A DNA stretch of 10,992 bases from a virus. Its lineage: Duplodnaviria > Heunggongvirae > Uroviricota > Caudoviricetes. Below, piece after piece: positions 7,353-10,992 of the stretch. Where the stretch lies: positions 1 through 10,992 of the IMG/VR virus record IMGVR_UViG_2684622669_000002; one strand, given 5' to 3'. The notes beneath the pieces are model-generated. The model searched no databases. It was not told where the DNA came from and saw nothing but the letters and a program-made list of their open reading frames with translations. Every line of letters starts with the position of its first letter. The first letter of the stretch is position 1. A program made the translations under genes and the position numbers.

Positions 7353-8070
7353 GTTAATAAATGGCAATGCCATCAAAATGACAAGCATTGAAATCGCTGA
7401 GTTGGTAGAAAGCCGCCATAGCAATGTAAAAGTATCCATAGATAGATTGGTGAAACGTGGCGTTATCAAGCCTCCTGCATTGCAGCACACTAACATAATC
7501 AATGATTTAGGTGTTATTACCGGGAAGCGTGATTTCTACGTCTTCGAGGGCGAACAAGGTAAGCGAGACAGCATTATTGTCGTCGCTCAGTTGTCGCCGG
7601 AATTCACCGCTCGTCTTGTTGACCGTTGGCGAGAGCTTGAAGAAGCTGCAGTTAATATCCCCAAAACGTTACCGGAAGCGTTGCGCCTTGCTGCTGATCT
7701 TGCTGAGCAGAAAATGCAACTGGAAAACCAGCTCGCAATTGCCGCACCTAAAGTTGAGTTTGCCGATCGAGTTGGCGAGGCCAGCGGAATTTTGATTGGA
7801 AACTATGCAAAGGTTGTTGGTATTGGTCCAAACAAACTGTTTGCATGGATGCGCGATCACAAAATCCTTATTGCTTCAGGTTCCCGGCGCAATGTGCCAA
7901 TGCAGGAATATATGGATCGCGGCTATTTCACAGTGAAAGAAACAGCGGTCAACACAAATCACGGAATACAGATATCGTTTACCACAAAAATCACCGGGCG
8001 CGGTCAACAGTGGCTGACCAGAAAGTTGCTCGATAACGGAATGCTGAAAGTAACAGGGGAGGCTGCTTAA
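7345..8070 (+). CDS. Phage antirepressor, KilAC (ANT) domain protein
   Basis: 241 aa. C-terminal segment (NYAKVVGIGPNKLFAWMRDHKILIASGSRRNVPMQEYMDRGYF) has the ANT/KilA-C pattern. N-terminal domain is of the AntA/Rha-like type. RBS GAGGAAG upstream. Confidence 0.8.
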   Translation: MNELINGNAIKMTSIEIAELVESRHSNVKVSIDRLVKRGVIKPPALQHTNIINDLGVITGKRDFYVFEGEQGKRDSIIVVAQLSPEFTARLVDRWRELEEAAVNIPKTLPEALRLAADLAEQKMQLENQLAIAAPKVEFADRVGEASGILIGNYAKVVGIGPNKLFAWMRDHKILIASGSRRNVPMQEYMDRGYFTVKETAVNTNHGIQISFTTKITGRGQQWLTRKLLDNGMLKVTGEAA

Positions 8071-8360
8071 TGGCTAACCTACGCAAAGAAGCACGCGGCA
8101 GAGAATGCCAGGTACGTATTTACGGCGTATGCAATGGCAATCCTGAAACTACAGTTCTGGCACATTACCGGATGGCTGGAATTTGCGGAACGGGAATGAA
8201 GCCTGACGACCTGATCGGTGCATGGGCTTGTAGTGCGTGTCACGATGAAATCGACCGACGCACCCATAATCTCGACAACAAAGACGCCAGACTTTACCAC
8301 CTCGAAGGCGTGATCAGAACGCAGGCGATACTGCTGAAGGAGGGGAAGATTAAGCCATGA
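8070..8360 (+). CDS. ybcO: YbcO-like protein (DUF1364, Cys/His-rich putative nuclease)
   Basis: 96-aa protein with CxxxxxC … CxxC-H motif. Resembles DLP12 prophage YbcO as recalled. Sits before rusA as in DLP12-type nin regions. Confidence 0.7.
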   Translation: MANLRKEARGRECQVRIYGVCNGNPETTVLAHYRMAGICGTGMKPDDLIGAWACSACHDEIDRRTHNLDNKDARLYHLEGVIRTQAILLKEGKIKP

Positions 8361-8881
8361 ACGGTAAAAGATATCCAACACAAAAAGAAATCAATGAATT
8401 GTATGAATATAATAGCGAAACAGGTTTGTTTATATACAAGAGAAGAGAAAGTGTAAGAGAGTGCTGGAATTCAACATATGCCGGTAAGATTGCTGGTTCT
8501 ATAGATGAAAAAGGATACGTTCGTATATCTGTAAATAAAAAAGTTTGTCGAGCTCATAGAATCGCATGGATATCCTTTTATGGAAGTGAACCTGATGGGG
8601 AAATTGACCACATAAATGGAATTAAAAGCGATAACAGAATATGCAATTTGCGCGTTGTAGATGATAAACAGAACTCAAGGAACAGAAAAAAGCCTATTAA
8701 TAATCGCTCTGGAGTAATTGGTGTTGCCTACTATAAGAAGAATAAAAAGTGGGGCGCATATATAAACAGTGATAATAAAAAGATATTTCTTGGATTATAC
8801 GATGACATATCTCTAGCCGTTAATGCCAGAAAATTGGCGGAATCACGATTGGGCTATCACCATAATCATGGGAGAGGATAA
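8357..8881 (+). CDS. HNH endonuclease with AP2-type DNA-binding domain (homing-endonuclease-like)
   Basis: HNH_3-type motif (EIDHINGIKSDNRICNLRVV) followed by an AP2-like segment (SGVIGVAYYKKNKKWGAYI). Codon usage is visibly AT-rich compared with flanking genes. Confidence 0.8.
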   Translation: MNGKRYPTQKEINELYEYNSETGLFIYKRRESVRECWNSTYAGKIAGSIDEKGYVRISVNKKVCRAHRIAWISFYGSEPDGEIDHINGIKSDNRICNLRVVDDKQNSRNRKKPINNRSGVIGVAYYKKNKKWGAYINSDNKKIFLGLYDDISLAVNARKLAESRLGYHHNHGRG

Positions 8882-9244
8882 ATGGCAGAATACAGATTCA
8901 CACTTCCGTACCCACCGTCGCTGAACACCTACTGGCGAAGACGGGGAAGCCAATACTACATCAGCGATAAAGGCCAGAAATACCGAAAAGACGTTCAGCA
9001 AATCATCCGCCAACTTAAGTTAGACATTTTCACCAAATCACGACTCCGCATCAAAGTCATCGCAGACGTTCCAGACTCCCGCCGCCGCGACCTCGACAAC
9101 ATCCTGAAAGGTTTACTCGACTCCCTTATCCACGCCGGATTTGCGGAAGACGACGAGCAATTCGATGACATTCGCGTAATTCGTGGCGTGAAAGTACCAG
9201 GCGGAAGGCTTGGAATAAAAATCACCGAACTGGAGAACGCATGA
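8882..9244 (+). CDS. rusA: RusA Holliday junction resolvase
   Basis: 120 aa with the conserved RusA pattern (…DVPDSRRRDLDNILKGLLDSL…GGRLGIKITE…), comparable to E. coli RusA. Confidence 0.9.
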   Translation: MAEYRFTLPYPPSLNTYWRRRGSQYYISDKGQKYRKDVQQIIRQLKLDIFTKSRLRIKVIADVPDSRRRDLDNILKGLLDSLIHAGFAEDDEQFDDIRVIRGVKVPGGRLGIKITELENA

Positions 9245-9429
9245 ACGCCACAATTCAAACGATACCAGAGCTTCTTATCCAGACACGAGGCAATCAGACC
9301 GAAGTGGCGAGGATGCTTTCCTGCGCAAGAGGAACAGTGCTCAAGTACAACCGAGACAGCAAAGGCGAGCGTCATGTAATAGTTAACGGCGTCCTGATGG
9401 TCAAACAGGGCAAGAGGGGAAGACGATGA
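9241..9429 (+). CDS. ninH: NinH-like small DNA-binding protein
   Basis: 62 aa. IPELLIQTRGNQTEVARMLSCARGTVLKY matches lambda NinH (IPDMLVEAYGNQTEVARRLKCSRGTVRKY as recalled). Confidence 0.75.
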   Translation: MNATIQTIPELLIQTRGNQTEVARMLSCARGTVLKYNRDSKGERHVIVNGVLMVKQGKRGRR

Positions 9430-9914
9430 GCATAAGAGAACTAAACCTCACCAAAGAACAGCACGATTGGCTGAATGGCTGGCTTGAACTGTGGGGCGCA
9501 TGGGTTTATTCAGGCCGCCTGGAAAAGCGCATGAGCAGCGTAATAGCGAAGTTCATGGAGAGCGTAGAGCCGGGAAGAGTTATGACAAGGCCAATGTGTA
9601 ATGATGATGATGGAATGTTGATTTCTCAGGTCGTCGATTCCGTCATGTACATTGACAAGAAAGCCTTTGGCATCCTCCTCAGCTACTACGCTCATGGATC
9701 TTCCAAGCATGCCATTGCATCTTACTATCATCGTGTCGCAAGACCTCGCAAGATGTTATGCCGGGGCGGCGGGCGCATTCAAAAACCATCGCTCGCAACC
9801 TGTCGACGGGAAGTTGACGAAATCCTTAATGCCTCGTTGTTTATGATTTACCCGGTTCTTGATAGTGCGTTTAAAAACCGGAAACGTGTAGAGAAAATTA
9901 AACATGTAGCATAG
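9426..9914 (+). CDS. Late-gene antiterminator Q-like protein (probably phage-21-type)
   Basis: Last gene of the nin operon, immediately upstream of a TTGACA promoter element and the lysis genes, and adjacent to a phage-21-type S/R cassette. Call rests on position and size; sequence not independently matched. Confidence 0.6.
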   Translation: MSIRELNLTKEQHDWLNGWLELWGAWVYSGRLEKRMSSVIAKFMESVEPGRVMTRPMCNDDDGMLISQVVDSVMYIDKKAFGILLSYYAHGSSKHAIASYYHRVARPRKMLCRGGGRIQKPSLATCRREVDEILNASLFMIYPVLDSAFKNRKRVEKIKHVA

Positions 9915-9920
9915 AACGTG

Positions 9921-9952
9921 TTGACATCATTGAGCAAATGAGCAACACTATT
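9921..9952 (+). promoter_or_regulatory. Candidate late promoter PR'
   Basis: Consensus -35 TTGACA at 9921-9926, 7 nt after the Q stop. A-T-rich candidate -10 (cactat/actatt) 19-20 nt downstream, so spacing is not ideal. Called mainly on position. Confidence 0.35.
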
Positions 9953-9963
9953 GGCATAAGCTG

Positions 9964-10004
9964 CCGTTAGTGACTCTTAAGTTGCAACGGTGGATTTTTT
10001 TATT
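9964..10004 (+). terminator. Terminator-like stem-loop plus T-tract shortly downstream of the candidate PR'
   Basis: CCGTT (9964-9968) pairs with AACGG (9986-9990) and can extend inward with a bulge; TTTTTTTATTT follows at 9995-10005. Could be a short-leader tR' or a pause/processing structure. Confidence 0.35.
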
Positions 10005-10005
10005 T

Positions 10006-10080
10006 GGGTCAGTCGTATAAAGGTCATTACGGAAGGCTGTTAACCTTCTTATCGTGGTTCGAGTCCACGCTGTCCCGCCA
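10006..10080 (+). tRNA. tRNA-like gene, anticodon GTT (Asn), CCA encoded
   Basis: Hand-folded cloverleaf. Acceptor gggtcag/ctgtccc with one T-T mismatch. Anticodon stem gaagg/ccttc with loop ctGTTaa. T-arm cgtgg-ttcgagt-ccacg. 3' gCCA. D-stem is only 3 bp. Confidence 0.5.
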
Positions 10081-10085
10081 AACAT

Positions 10086-10161
10086 GCTGGTTTAGCTCCA
10101 ATGGTAGAGCAGTCGCCTTGTAAGCGAATGGGTAGCGGTTCAAGTCCGTTAACCAGAACCA
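10086..10161 (+). tRNA. tRNA-like gene, anticodon TGT (Thr), CCA encoded
   Basis: Hand-folded cloverleaf. D-arm gctc-caatggta-gagc. Anticodon loop ctTGTaa. T-arm agcgg-ttcaagt-ccgtt. Acceptor gctggtt/aaccaga with a mismatch at the first pair. 3' aCCA. Confidence 0.55.
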
Positions 10162-10168
10162 TAACTGA

Positions 10169-10229
10169 GCCGTAGCCACTGGCTATCCTGAATTCATCAG
10201 TGATAGTTACGCTGCGGCCTTCTTTTTTC
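10169..10229 (+). terminator. Structured region with T-tract downstream of the tRNAs (candidate tR')
   Basis: Imperfect long hairpin (gccgtagc … gctgcggc with internal ctatc/gatag pairing) followed by ccttcttttttcc. Lies about 300 nt downstream of the candidate PR' and before the holin RBS. Confidence 0.35.
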
Positions 10230-10279
10230 CCCTTCCCAATATAAGAACTACGCAATCCGTTACTGGCGGAGGCGTTGCT

Positions 10280-10495
10280 ATGAAATCAATGGACAAAATC
10301 TCAACTGGCATTGCCTACGGAACATCTGCTGGTAGTGCGGGATACTGGTTTTTGCAGTGGTTGGATCAGGTCAGTCCGTCACAGTGGGCTGCGATTGGAG
10401 TGCTTGGAAGCCTTGTCTTGGGTTTTCTCACTTATCTGACAAATCTTTATTTCAAGATTAAAGAAGATAAGCGTAAGGCTGCGAGAGGTGAATAA
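10280..10495 (+). CDS. S: Phage-21-type pinholin S (dual-start MKSM motif)
   Basis: 71-aa translation [60 protein letters not shown]…KAARGE matches S21 as recalled. Two TM segments. GGAGG RBS 8 nt upstream. Confidence 0.95.
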   Translation: MKSMDKISTGIAYGTSAGSAGYWFLQWLDQVSPSQWAAIGVLGSLVLGFLTYLTNLYFKIKEDKRKAARGE

Positions 10496-10992
10496 TGTCG
10501 CCGTCATTACGCAAGGCTGTTGCAGCTGCTATTGGTGGTGGGGCTGTTGCCATAGCGTCTGTGCTCATCACTGGTCCAGGTGGTAACGATGGTCTGGAAG
10601 GTGTCAGCTACATACCATACAAAGATATCGTTGGCGTATGGACTGTATGTCACGGGCACACCGGAAAAGACATTATGCCCGGTAAAACGTATACCGAAGC
10701 AGAATGCAAAGCCCTCCTGAATAAAGACCTTGCCACGGTCGCCAGACAAATTAACCCGTACATCAAAGTCGATATACCGGAAACAACGCGCGGCGCTCTT
10801 TACTCGTTCGTTTACAACGTGGGCGCTGGTAATTTCAGAACATCGACGCTTCTTCGCAAAATAAACCAGGGTGATATCAAAGGCGCATGTGACCAGCTAC
10901 GTCGCTGGACATACGCTGGCGGTAAGCAATGGAAAGGGCTGATGACCCGTCGTGAGATTGAGCGTGAAGTCTGTTTGTGGGGGCAACAATGA
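10495..10992 (+). CDS. R: SAR endolysin R (phage-21-type lysozyme with N-terminal signal-anchor-release domain)
   Basis: 165 aa. N-terminal Gly/Ala-rich weakly hydrophobic SAR segment ([23 protein letters not shown]), then a T4-lysozyme-like catalytic domain. Start overlaps the holin stop (TAATG). Confidence 0.95.
   Translation: MSPSLRKAVAAAIGGGAVAIASVLITGPGGNDGLEGVSYIPYKDIVGVWTVCHGHTGKDIMPGKTYTEAECKALLNKDLATVARQINPYIKVDIPETTRGALYSFVYNVGAGNFRTSTLLRKINQGDIKGACDQLRRWTYAGGKQWKGLMTRREIEREVCLWGQQ

Noticed and set aside
8079-9375. Minus-strand ORFs 8079..8381 and 8995..9375 antisense to the ybcO-like, rusA and ninH genes
   Set aside because: Antisense to recognisable conserved genes; no supporting signals.
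10162-10230. Possible third tRNA after the two tRNA-like genes
   Set aside because: No T-arm (GTTCGA-type) or cloverleaf could be built by hand; the region fits a long imperfect hairpin with T-tract better, so I report it as a terminator-like structure.
10049-10255. Minus-strand 68-aa ORF overlapping the tRNA-like genes
   Set aside because: It runs through two sequences that fold as tRNAs and the downstream structured region; very unlikely to be coding.

Overview
This window reads as the early-to-lysis segment of a mosaic lambdoid (lambda-like) phage or prophage of Enterobacteriaceae, with almost everything on the + strand except the immunity genes. Left to right: a partial OL3-like operator, a tImm-like terminator, a lambda-type cI repressor (minus strand), OR3-OR2-OR1 with PRM/PR, cro, a nutR-like boxA/boxB, a cII-like gene, a small unknown ORF, an O-like initiator with an iteron origin inside its coding sequence, a DnaB-family helicase, a nin-type region (NinB, phage Dam methyltransferase, NinE, NinF, KilAC antirepressor, YbcO-like protein, HNH-AP2 endonuclease, RusA, NinH), a Q-like antiterminator, two tRNA-like genes, and a phage-21-type pinholin S plus SAR endolysin R. 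The most unusual feature is the slot between cI and the tImm-like terminator (192..987, minus strand). In lambda this position holds rexA-rexB; here it holds a tightly coupled pair of ORFs I do not recognise: a 145-aa protein and a 123-aa coiled-coil protein with a C-terminal transmembrane helix. I read this as a candidate, possibly undescribed, lysogen-expressed exclusion or abortive-infection cassette. All calls come from reading the sequence and the ORF translations against remembered protein and phage sequences; no database search was run.
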